Source of the DNA: Treponemataceae bacterium
Lineage (GTDB): Bacteria; Spirochaetota; Spirochaetia; Treponematales; Rectinemataceae
Length of the DNA: 64,000 nt
Direction: 5' to 3'
Assembly: GCA_963677895.2 (NCBI GenBank)
Contig: CAXXGJ010000002.1
Location: 320,001-384,000 of the forward strand
Shown: positions 56,184-64,000 of the stretch, piece after piece
Layout: the number at the start of each line of letters is the position of its first letter
Numbering within the stretch: the first letter of the stretch is position 1
Translations under genes and position numbers: made by a program
Notes under the pieces: model-generated
Databases searched by the model: none
What the model was told of the DNA's origin: nothing
What the model saw: only the letters and a program-made list of their open reading frames with translations

Positions 56184-56735
56184 ATGCCCTCGAGACTGCT
56201 TGCCCGCGCCCAACTCTCGGCCTCCGCGGATTCTTCGCGGCGGGAAACCGATCCCCTCTGCGAACTCCTGCCCGAGATGCCCGAGGGCCTTTGCTGCCAT
56301 CCCGCGGGAAGACTCGACGCCGGACGCGTGGAAGCGCTCAACGAAGACATAGTGGATGCCTTGGGCCGAAACAAGAAAATTCTCTTTCTCGATTTTTCCC
56401 GCATCGACGACATCTCCTCGGCAGGAGCGGGGTTTCTCGTGGCGCTCCAGAAGCGGATGAGAGGCAGGGGCGGCGACCTTGTACTGTACAGCCTGCGTCC
56501 GAAGCAGCAGCGCTTTCTGGAAACCCTGGGTTTTAAGAATTTTTTCTCCACGGCCTTGGACCTGCGATATGCGCTGGAGTATATTCAGGGGATGAAGCGC
56601 GACATCTTCCCCATGACAGCTATATGTCCCGCATGTTCGTCGCCCCTCGGCGTCGATGGACCGGGCAGGAGCCGTTGCCATATATGCGAGGCCGTTCTCA
56701 CGGTCATGCCCGATGGCGCGATGGAATTGGGCTGA
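56184..56735 (+). CDS. STAS (anti-sigma factor antagonist) domain + C-terminal zinc ribbon
   Basis: GRLD, DFSRIDDISSAG (phospho-Ser motif), LETLGF; CPAC...CHIC. Confidence 0.8.
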   Translation: MPSRLLARAQLSASADSSRRETDPLCELLPEMPEGLCCHPAGRLDAGRVEALNEDIVDALGRNKKILFLDFSRIDDISSAGAGFLVALQKRMRGRGGDLVLYSLRPKQQRFLETLGFKNFFSTALDLRYALEYIQGMKRDIFPMTAICPACSSPLGVDGPGRSRCHICEAVLTVMPDGAMELG

Positions 56736-56800
56736 ATGTCGGCTGCCGGTAGCCGCGCGACCGATACGGACGGGCTCCGGAACCCAAGGGAGGGAAAAGC

Positions 56801-57196
56801 ATGTTAGGTTTGTCCAAAGTCGAGCAATATCTAATTGACCTCGACATTTCCTATCAGGAATTGTCCAAAGGAGCCTGGCTCATCGAAGATGAGGCCAAAG
56901 GTCTGCCTAAAATGGTGGTGAGCCATTCCGACCCCATCGTCGTCATTCGCGCCGATGTCATGCCGGTGCCGGAAAAAGACCGTGAAAAACTGTTTTCCAC
57001 CCTGCTCCGCCTTAATGGGACCGATTTCCTCCATGGCGCCTATGCCCTCGACGGCAATGAAGTCGTGGCACTCGACACCATCGAGTATGAGACTATGGAC
57101 AAGAACGAGTTCAGAGCTTCCATCGAAGCGATGGCCTTCGCCTTGAGCCAGCATTATCCCTTGCTTTCGCAGTTCGCAGCCAAGAAGGAGGAATAA
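56801..57196 (+). CDS. CesT/YbjN (T3SS-chaperone-fold) protein
   Basis: 131-aa acidic protein with LFSTLLRLNGTDFLHGAYAL; directly upstream of pspA. Confidence 0.7.
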   Translation: MLGLSKVEQYLIDLDISYQELSKGAWLIEDEAKGLPKMVVSHSDPIVVIRADVMPVPEKDREKLFSTLLRLNGTDFLHGAYALDGNEVVALDTIEYETMDKNEFRASIEAMAFALSQHYPLLSQFAAKKEE

Positions 57197-57199
57197 CAT

Positions 57200-57919
57200 A
57201 TGGGTATCTTTGACAGGTTGAAGACAGTCATCTCTTCGAATATGAACGATCTCATCGCCAAGGCCGAGAATCCCGAGAAAATGCTCAATCAGATGATCAT
57301 CGACATGAACGAGCAGCTCATCGAGTCCAAGAAGGCCGTGGCCATGGCCATCGCCGACGAAAAGCGGCTCGAGCGCGAGGTGATCGAGAACAAGGCCAAG
57401 GCCGAGGATTGGGAGAAAAAGGCTATGCTCGCCGTCCGCGCGGGCAGAGACGATCTCGCCAAGGAAGCCCTCCTTCGGCAGCAGGAACACGCGTCCTACG
57501 TTGGCCAGCTGGGAACGCAGTGGCAGGCCCAGAAGGAATCCGTCGAGAAGCTCAAGGTTTCCCTGCGCGATGTGCAGACGAAGATCGAGGAAGCTTCCCG
57601 CAAGAAGAATATCCTGATAGCCAGGGCCAAACGCGCCGAAGCCCAGGACAAGATCAACAAGACGATGTCGTCCCTCCAGGGGAACAAAAGCGCCTTCGAT
57701 ACCTTCGACCGCATGGCGAAGAAAATCGACGAGCTCGAGGCCAGGACGGAAGCGCAGAAAGAGCTTGAGGACGCTTCCAGCGGGGCGACCTTGGAGAAGC
57801 AGTTCGCGGCGCTCGAATCCTCGCCCATGGCCGCCGATTCCCTCCTCGAGGACCTGAAGCGCAAGATGCTCACTTCGGACGCCGGAGCCGGGAATGGGTC
57901 ACAGAATCCGACACCCTGA
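57200..57919 (+). CDS. pspA: PspA/IM30 family protein
   Basis: MGIFDRL, AENPEKML, LAVRAGRDDLAKEAL, FDRMAKKI. Confidence 0.92.
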   Translation: MGIFDRLKTVISSNMNDLIAKAENPEKMLNQMIIDMNEQLIESKKAVAMAIADEKRLEREVIENKAKAEDWEKKAMLAVRAGRDDLAKEALLRQQEHASYVGQLGTQWQAQKESVEKLKVSLRDVQTKIEEASRKKNILIARAKRAEAQDKINKTMSSLQGNKSAFDTFDRMAKKIDELEARTEAQKELEDASSGATLEKQFAALESSPMAADSLLEDLKRKMLTSDAGAGNGSQNPTP

Positions 57920-57943
57920 CGACATGAATCGGCCGAGGCCGAT

Positions 57944-58699
57944 ATGGCTGGCATGAAATTTTTGCCTATAAAGGTTCTTCGCGTCGAACGGGAAGAACCT
58001 TTTTCTATTTTTAGCGCCGAGGCGGCAGCCGAAAGCGGGACGGCCACTGAAGGTGGGGTGGTAGCCGAAGGCGCGGCGGCACCCGAAAGTGCGGCAGTAC
58101 CCGAAAACGTGGCGGCCTTTTCTTCTCCGCTCCTTTCCATCGAAAAAGCGAAAAGCCTTCCCGAAAAATCCGAGCGGTTTGCGGTCTATGATGTCTGCGT
58201 AATCCCGGGATCCCTTCTGCTCGAGCGGGAAACATCGACCATTCCGATACCTGTGATAGCCTATGGAAGCAGCGATCTGGCATTGCCCTGCTATGAGGCC
58301 GGCGCGTCGGATTTCATGCGCGAAGGCTGGACGAGGCTCGAGCTGGAGGCCCGCCTATACCGCTTGCTGCAGCCGGCGATCCAGTGTGGGGAAGGCTTGC
58401 TTGCCCTGCGCGGGCTCGCTCTGGTCTGGAAGGATTTTGCCGCGAAGGGAGCCGAAACCACGGAACTCCTCTCGGCGGCGGAAGCGGAAATGTTTCGCTT
58501 TTTCCTGGCGGCGCCCGGAAGGATTGTCGCGCCTGATTCACGCTACACGGAAGCCGCGACCCTGCCTCGCGGCCGGAAAACGCGAGCTTTCTCCATGAGG
58601 GTGTCGCGGCTTAAAGCCAAGCTTTCGAGGCTTCACCCCGGCCTCGGCGAATGCATCCAGTCATCGCGAGGCTTGGGCTACCTGTGGATAACCCGCTGA
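57944..58699 (+). CDS. Degenerate OmpR-like regulator (partial REC + winged HTH)
   Basis: IPVI...AGASDFM...ELEARL, LSAAE, VSRLKAKL, IQSSRGLGY; canonical acidic pocket not evident. Confidence 0.6.
   Translation: MAGMKFLPIKVLRVEREEPFSIFSAEAAAESGTATEGGVVAEGAAAPESAAVPENVAAFSSPLLSIEKAKSLPEKSERFAVYDVCVIPGSLLLERETSTIPIPVIAYGSSDLALPCYEAGASDFMREGWTRLELEARLYRLLQPAIQCGEGLLALRGLALVWKDFAAKGAETTELLSAAEAEMFRFFLAAPGRIVAPDSRYTEAATLPRGRKTRAFSMRVSRLKAKLSRLHPGLGECIQSSRGLGYLWITR
58016..58105 (+). repeat. Degenerate in-frame 18-bp tandem repeat x5
   Basis: AEAAAE SGTATE GGVVAE GAAAPE SAAVPE; every unit ends in GAA. Confidence 0.7.
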
Positions 58700-58757
58700 C
58701 AAGATGTGGATAACTCCTGTAAAAGCGGTGGAATCCATGTGCGTATTCTGTGCGTAA
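58683..58757. promoter_or_regulatory. Cluster of co-oriented DnaA boxes
   Basis: Perfect TGTGGATAA at 58683 and 58705; degenerate copies at 58727, 58738 and 58749; all offsets are multiples of 11 bp. Confidence 0.7.
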
Positions 58758-58765
58758 CCGTAAAT

Positions 58766-60049
58766 TCAGCAGTCCTCGCTTCGCTCGATGTGGGCTCCCA
58801 GCATCTTGAGCCTTTCGGTGATGCGCTCGTAGCCTCTTTCGATCTGGTAGACATTCTGGATCGTGCTCACGCCGTCGGCGCAGAGAGCGGCGATGACCAT
58901 CGCCATGCCCGCGCGCACGTCGGGTGAGACCAGGAGGGCGCCGGAGAGGCGCGCGGGCCCCGAAACGACAGCCCTGTGGGGATCGCAGAGGACAATCCGC
59001 GCTCCCATGCCGATCAGTTTATCGACGAAGAACATGCGCGATTCGAACATTTTTTCGTGGATGAGGGCTGTGCCTTCGGTCTGGGTAGCGACGACCGTCA
59101 TTATGGACGTGAGATCGGGCGGGAAACCAGGCCAGGGCGAGTCGTCGATCTTGGGAATCTGGCCGCCGAGATCGGCCGTCACTTTCATGAGCTGGTTGCT
59201 CGGCACGAAGAGACTGTCTCCCTTCACTTCCCAGGATATGCCGAGCCTGCCGAAACCGACCCTGAGCGGGGGAAGGTCGTCCTGGTCTATGCCGTCGATC
59301 GTGATCTCGCCGTGAGTCACCGCGGCCAGCCCTATGAAGGAGCCGATCTCCATATAGTCGGGTCCTATCCTGTAGTCGGTTCCCTTGAGGCTGGCAACGC
59401 CGTGTATGGTGAGCATGTTGGAGCCGACGCCATCGATCAGGGCTCCCATGGAGTTGAGCATGAGGCAGAGGTCCTGGACGTGAGGCTCCGATGCCGCGTT
59501 GCGCAGCACCGTCGTGCCTTCGGCGAGCACGGCCGCCATGATGGCGTTCTCTGTGCCGGTAACCGAGGCTTCGTCGAGGAAGATGGGCGCTCCCTTCAGC
59601 TTGGCCGCCGAAAAACGCAGGACGCCGTCCATCGTGATGCGGGCGCCCAGTTCCTGGAGCGCCAGAAGATGCGTATCGATGCGTCTTCGGCCGATGGTGT
59701 CGCCCCCGGGAGGAGGGAGGATGGCCTGGCCGAAACGGGCCAGGAGCGGGCCGGCGAAGAGTATGGAAGCCCTCACCTTGCGCGATTGTTCGGCGGGCAC
59801 GTCCTGTCGTGTTATCGTGCTCGAATCTATGAGCCAGTCATGGGGACCGACGCGGCTAACCTTCGCTCCGAGATGCTTGAGCACCTCGATCATGACAGCC
59901 ACGTCCTCTATTTCGGGAATATTTCTGAGTGTAACGGGGCCTCCGGCGAGAACCGCCGCGGCGAGACAGGGAAGGGCCGCATTCTTGTTGCCGGACGCTA
60001 CGACCCTGCCTTTTACGGGGTGGCCGCCTTCGACGATATACTTGTACAT
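58766..60049 (-). CDS. murA: UDP-N-acetylglucosamine 1-carboxyvinyltransferase (Asp-type)
   Basis: [56 protein letters not shown]. Confidence 0.95.
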   Translation of the reverse strand: MYKYIVEGGHPVKGRVVASGNKNAALPCLAAAVLAGGPVTLRNIPEIEDVAVMIEVLKHLGAKVSRVGPHDWLIDSSTITRQDVPAEQSRKVRASILFAGPLLARFGQAILPPPGGDTIGRRRIDTHLLALQELGARITMDGVLRFSAAKLKGAPIFLDEASVTGTENAIMAAVLAEGTTVLRNAASEPHVQDLCLMLNSMGALIDGVGSNMLTIHGVASLKGTDYRIGPDYMEIGSFIGLAAVTHGEITIDGIDQDDLPPLRVGFGRLGISWEVKGDSLFVPSNQLMKVTADLGGQIPKIDDSPWPGFPPDLTSIMTVVATQTEGTALIHEKMFESRMFFVDKLIGMGARIVLCDPHRAVVSGPARLSGALLVSPDVRAGMAMVIAALCADGVSTIQNVYQIERGYERITERLKMLGAHIERSEDC

Positions 60050-60136
60050 AGCGCTACTGTAGGGTCTGTTTTTCGTTTGGTCAACCGATATCGGCAGGAC
60101 TTACTTGATGCCGTCATAATCGTTATATTGAATCCA

Positions 60137-61837
60137 ATGATTGCCAAGGAAGGACAGTCTTCGTCCGATTTCGAAGCGGGAACGCTCATACACGATATCT
60201 CCGATCATTTGACGGCCCTGTCGGGCATCGCTCATTCCGGCGCGGTTTCTTCTTCGTTCGAGAACGCCGAAAAGGCGGGACTCCTCGCCTCGGCCTTGTC
60301 CGAAGGCCTGCGAAGCGGACAGAACCTCGCCCTCTATCCTGTTTTCAGGATAATTTCCCTTCTGAACCGCTCTCTCAAGGCCTTTGACGAGGAAGAACTC
60401 GCGGCGGCCGGAATATTGACGGCGCGCGCTGTCGAAGCCGCCAGGACTCTCGCTTCGCGAATGGGCATAAGGCAGATGGACCCGATCTCCACCAACTTGC
60501 AGGATGGCGAAATCCTGCCGCCGGAGAAGGTGGCGCAGGCGAAGCCGGGCAGGGTGCTGCTCGCCCTGGAGCCGTCCCTCGCCGAAAATGTGGCTGGGCT
60601 ATTGAGACGTTTCGGGCATGAGGTCCTCGTCGCCCGCTCCCCCGCCGATCTTTTTTCGGCCTTCGGGTTTTCGGACGAAACGCCGACCGTTGGCGAAACG
60701 CCGGCCGCTGGCGAAACGCCGGCCGCTGTCATGCGCCACATCTCCTGCGGAACGATAGGCACCTATACCCTTTCCAGGAAACGTGCCGCCGACGAATCGA
60801 GGTGGGCATCCCTGCCTGATGTTCTGGTCGGCGATATGTTCTCGGCCGGTTTCGCCGGTTTCGAGCTTCAGGAATTCCTGAAATCCTGCGGAGAATTCAT
60901 CGATACCAGGATGATCGTCCTCTCGCCTTTCTCCGAATCGAAATGCACGGCCCGCGTGATACAGCTCGGGGCCGATGGATATTTCAGGCTGGATGTGGAA
61001 CCTTCCGTCCTGCTCGCGCGCATCGAATCGAGCATCGAGCGGAAGCGGCTGCGGGAGAGGCGGCAGCTTTACGTCGCGGCGCTGGCGCGCACGAGGGCCT
61101 CGCTGGAGGAAGAACTGCGCAAGGGCGCCGAATACGTGCGCTGTCTTTTGCCCGGAAAGATCTCGGGCGCCACGATGTCGACGGACTGGACCTTCATCCC
61201 ATCGGCCAGCCTCGGCGGCGACCTTTTCGGCTACCACAGGCTCGACGACGGCCGGATGGTCTTCTTCATGATCGACGTGGGCGGTCATGGCCTGCAGTCG
61301 GCCCTCTACTCGGTGACCCTCTTTGACGTCCTGCGCACCGAGGGCTTGAAGAATGTGGATTTCAGCGATCCGGTGGCGGTGATGCGGGGCCTGAACCACG
61401 CGTTTCGGATGGAAGAGCGCAACAATATGCTCTTCACGCTCTGGTACGGGGTTTGGGACGAAAAGACGCGAATCCTCACCCACGCGTCGGCGGGCAGCCC
61501 TCCGGCTGTGCTCATCGTCCAGGGAGGCGGAGCCGTGGAGCTGAAGGCTGAAGGCATGGTGGCCGGCGCCGATCCCGACGCCGTCTACAAAAAAATGGAA
61601 ATTCAGGTGCCGAGGGAATCGCGCCTTTTCCTCTTTTCCGACGGCATCTACGAGTTTTTCACCAAGGAAGGGGAAATTTTGGGACTGGAAGCCTTCATCC
61701 AATTGCTGGAACGGGTCGCGTCGGGCACATCCCATGAAAAAACGAGCATAGAAGAGCTTCAAAAAAAACTCTCGGCGCTTTCCGCCGTCGATCATTTCCA
61801 GGACGACGTATCCCTTCTGGAGGTTCGCTTTGATTGA
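60137..61837 (+). CDS. REC-like + PP2C/SpoIIE (RsbU/RsbP-like) serine phosphatase
   Basis: PDVLVGDM...GADGY receiver-like region; LGGD, IDVGGHG, LFSDG, DDVS. Start MIAKEG (60137); the upstream ORF-track extension is antisense to murA. Confidence 0.85.
   Translation: MIAKEGQSSSDFEAGTLIHDISDHLTALSGIAHSGAVSSSFENAEKAGLLASALSEGLRSGQNLALYPVFRIISLLNRSLKAFDEEELAAAGILTARAVEAARTLASRMGIRQMDPISTNLQDGEILPPEKVAQAKPGRVLLALEPSLAENVAGLLRRFGHEVLVARSPADLFSAFGFSDETPTVGETPAAGETPAAVMRHISCGTIGTYTLSRKRAADESRWASLPDVLVGDMFSAGFAGFELQEFLKSCGEFIDTRMIVLSPFSESKCTARVIQLGADGYFRLDVEPSVLLARIESSIERKRLRERRQLYVAALARTRASLEEELRKGAEYVRCLLPGKISGATMSTDWTFIPSASLGGDLFGYHRLDDGRMVFFMIDVGGHGLQSALYSVTLFDVLRTEGLKNVDFSDPVAVMRGLNHAFRMEERNNMLFTLWYGVWDEKTRILTHASAGSPPAVLIVQGGGAVELKAEGMVAGADPDAVYKKMEIQVPRESRLFLFSDGIYEFFTKEGEILGLEAFIQLLERVASGTSHEKTSIEELQKKLSALSAVDHFQDDVSLLEVRFD
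60677..60730 (+). repeat. In-frame 18-bp tandem repeat x3
   Basis: GAAACGCCGACCGTTGGC GAAACGCCGGCCGCTGGC GAAACGCCGGCCGCTGTC (ETPTVG ETPAAG ETPAAV). Confidence 0.9.
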
Positions 61838-62891
61838 CCCATCGCCCCTGAACGCGAGTTCCGGCGAAGCCGCCGGATCGGTCTTCAAGGAAATTGTCCT
61901 GGCAAGGCCGGATGACTTTCATGCCCACTTCAGGCAGGGCGATGCGTTGGCGCTTTACGTCAGGCGCCACAGCGCCTGTTTTGGAAGGGCTATCGTCATG
62001 CCCAACACGCTTCCGCCCATTGCCGGCGCCGCGTCGCTCGTCGCCTACAGGGAAAAAATTATCGGCTGTCTGCCGGAAGGTTCGGATTTTGCTCCCCTCA
62101 TGACCTTCAAGCTTCTTCCCGGAATGGGCGCGAAGACGGTCGAGGCATGCATAGCGGCCGGGGCGATGGCGGGAAAATACTATCCGGCGGGCGCGACGAC
62201 CAACGCGGCCGATGGTCCCTCGAATCCCGACAGCGTAGCCGAGGCTCTTTCCGCCATGGAATCCGCCGGGATCATTCTTTCCATCCACGGCGAAGATCCC
62301 GACGCCCCCTCGCTGGAGCGCGAGACCGCCTTTCTCGCCACGCTGGAGAATATCCTGTTTCGTTGGCCCCGGCTTCGCGTCGTGCTCGAGCACCTGTCCA
62401 CGAAAGAAGCGGCGGATTTCGTCGCCGCCGGACCCGAAAGATTGGCGGCCACCATCACAGCCCATCATCTGCTTTTCACGATCGACGACATGCTGGGCGG
62501 CAGCCTCGATCCTCACCTTTTCTGCAAGCCGATCATAAAATCAGTCGTCGACAGGGAAGCGCTCCGGAAGGCCGCGTTCTCGGCTTCACCCAAGTTTTTC
62601 TTCGGAAGCGACTCGGCGCCGCACGCGCGCGCGGCCAAAGAACGCGGACATGCGCCGGGAGGCATCTATTCGTCTCCCGCCGCCATCCCCGCGCTTGTCG
62701 GTCTCTTCGAATCGGCGGGGGCTCTGGAAGCGCTCGGGCCCTTCCTGGCCGGCAACGGCGCCCGCTTCTACCGGCTTCCGGCCCCCACAGGCACGATAAG
62801 ACTCCGCCGCGAAGCCTGGAAAGTGCCCGACGAAATAGACGGCGTCGTCCCGATGTGCGCGGGCGCCGAACTGGCGTGGCGCCTCGCCTAA
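61830..62891 (+). CDS. pyrC: Dihydroorotase (homodimeric, E. coli PyrC type)
   Basis: DDFHAHFRQG, AIVMPN, KYYPAGATTN, IHGE, LEHLST, HLFCKP, GSDSAPH. Confidence 0.93.
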   Translation: MIDPSPLNASSGEAAGSVFKEIVLARPDDFHAHFRQGDALALYVRRHSACFGRAIVMPNTLPPIAGAASLVAYREKIIGCLPEGSDFAPLMTFKLLPGMGAKTVEACIAAGAMAGKYYPAGATTNAADGPSNPDSVAEALSAMESAGIILSIHGEDPDAPSLERETAFLATLENILFRWPRLRVVLEHLSTKEAADFVAAGPERLAATITAHHLLFTIDDMLGGSLDPHLFCKPIIKSVVDREALRKAAFSASPKFFFGSDSAPHARAAKERGHAPGGIYSSPAAIPALVGLFESAGALEALGPFLAGNGARFYRLPAPTGTIRLRREAWKVPDEIDGVVPMCAGAELAWRLA

Positions 62892-62952
62892 GCCGGTCCC
62901 GATCCGCCCGCGCCGCGAAATTTCAGACTTATCCGAGCTGATTTAGCTTGAC

Positions 62953-63660
62953 TCAAGCCAATGCGGCGTATCTTTCCAGCGACGATTCAATGAGCCTGTG
63001 CCCTGCCCTGTTGGGGTGGATTCCGTCGTCGCACATATACTCCCTGTAATCTCTTTGCGCCAGAAAGTCCTTCCTGATATCCAGGAGCGGACAACCCTTG
63101 GCCGCGGCCACCGCCCTGACGGCTTTATCGTAGCCTTCGTGCCAGCGGAAAATCTGCTCCACGCCGCCCAGCCAGCGCAGAATGGCCTCGCGGTCCAGAC
63201 CGTTGCGCGTGATCCATGCCAGATAGCGTTCGGCGACGAGCGGGGGGAGGCTCATGATGGCGGGCTGGAGTCCGTTCCCGCGCAGGGCGTCTATCATCTC
63301 GCCGTATATGCGCGAAAAAACATCGAGGGGCGTCAGGGGGATATGGTCGGTTTCGGGGCTCGCGGCCACTTCGTCCCAGAGGAAGTCGCAGTCGTTGCCG
63401 CCGAACTCGAGAATGGCGATTCCCTTGCTTTTATCCGGACCGGGCTCCGGCGCTCTTTCCCCCGAAACGAAGCGGCGGAGGATGTCGAGTCCTTTCGTGA
63501 CGGTACAGCCGAATCTGGCCTTGTTGACGAGGTGGACGCCGAGCTTCTCGGCGGCGAGCGTGGCGAAACTTTCCTTTATGGGCGTATAGCTTCCATCTTC
63601 ATCGAGGATTATGCCTCGCGCCACCGAATCCCCGAAAAGATAGACATTCCCTGGAACCAT
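62953..63660 (-). CDS. SGNH/GDSL hydrolase
   Basis: FGDSV, FGGNDC, DGIHPN. Confidence 0.88.
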   Translation of the reverse strand: MVPGNVYLFGDSVARGIILDEDGSYTPIKESFATLAAEKLGVHLVNKARFGCTVTKGLDILRRFVSGERAPEPGPDKSKGIAILEFGGNDCDFLWDEVAASPETDHIPLTPLDVFSRIYGEMIDALRGNGLQPAIMSLPPLVAERYLAWITRNGLDREAILRWLGGVEQIFRWHEGYDKAVRAVAAAKGCPLLDIRKDFLAQRDYREYMCDDGIHPNRAGHRLIESSLERYAALA

Positions 63661-63802
63661 ACCAAAGCCTCCAATATCGTGTAATATAATATTTATTATC
63701 ACATAACACAGTAATAATAATAATATAACATGATATTGAAGTCGTCAACGTCCGGGAAGCCATATATTGTAGTATTGATAACCATATGCTATCGTTCCCC
63801 GC

Positions 63803-64000
63803 ATGGATGAAATGAACGTCGAGGCTATAGGTCAATATTTCAGCACGCTTTCGCGAAAGGCTCCGGCCGAATGGGAATCGCTTCCCGACATCGGGCTTTA
63901 CATGGACCAGGTAGTCACGTATCTGGAACGCCAGCTTGGCGTTTTCGTGAAGACGAATGAAGACGGGGTAATAACTCCATCGATGATAAATAATTACGCC
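63803..64000 (+). CDS. DUF1836 domain protein (partial, runs off the window)
   Basis: Manual translation: MDEMNVE...WESLPDIGLYMDQVVTYL...ITPSMINNYA. Confidence 0.8.
   Translation, partial: MDEMNVEAIGQYFSTLSRKAPAEWESLPDIGLYMDQVVTYLERQLGVFVKTNEDGVITPSMINNYA

Noticed and set aside
57949..57965. sigma54 -24/-12 promoter (TGGCA...TTGC) near pspA
   Set aside because: GG-to-GC spacing is 12 rather than the required 10, and it lies inside a CDS.
58683..58765. Chromosomal origin oriC
   Set aside because: Too short, no AT-rich DUE and no dnaA/dnaN/gidA context; reported only as a DnaA-box cluster.
58976..60136. N-terminal extension making the PP2C protein 953 aa
   Set aside because: Antisense shadow of murA; promoter geometry supports a start at 60137.
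1..64000. CRISPR array, rRNA/tRNA genes, IS transposases, prophage genes
   Set aside because: No repeat-spacer periodicity, RNA-gene signatures or matching ORFs recognised by eye.

Overview
Mostly GC-rich chromosomal segment of an anaerobic bacterium, most likely a free-living spirochaete (Treponematales-like; inferred from lgt and murA features and gene content, not from a search). The left end (~1.6-8.4 kb) is an accessory defence island. Two lower-GC genes, an OLD-type ABC-ATPase/TOPRIM nuclease and a DUF262 (GmrS-like)-Schlafen/AlbA_2 fusion, are each followed by a canonical integron attC site. They form a two-cassette array with no integrase in the window, sitting just upstream of an autoregulated hipB-hipA-ygjP operon. 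The rest of the window holds a cluster of peptidases/serine hydrolases (including a 1392-aa tandem-duplicated beta-lactamase-fold protein), a BMP-type nucleoside ABC transporter, an L-rhamnose locus (rhaP frameshifted, no rhamnulokinase) with a two-component system, a cytochrome b562-like gene, a multimeric putatively electron-bifurcating [FeFe]-hydrogenase operon, and housekeeping/signalling genes (mobB, msrB, nadE, lgt, ctpA, rsmE, pspA, murA, pyrC). Non-coding signals include a phased DnaA-box cluster far from any dnaA and many sigma70 promoters positioned to give leaderless mRNAs. No rRNA, tRNA, CRISPR array, transposase or integrase was recognised.
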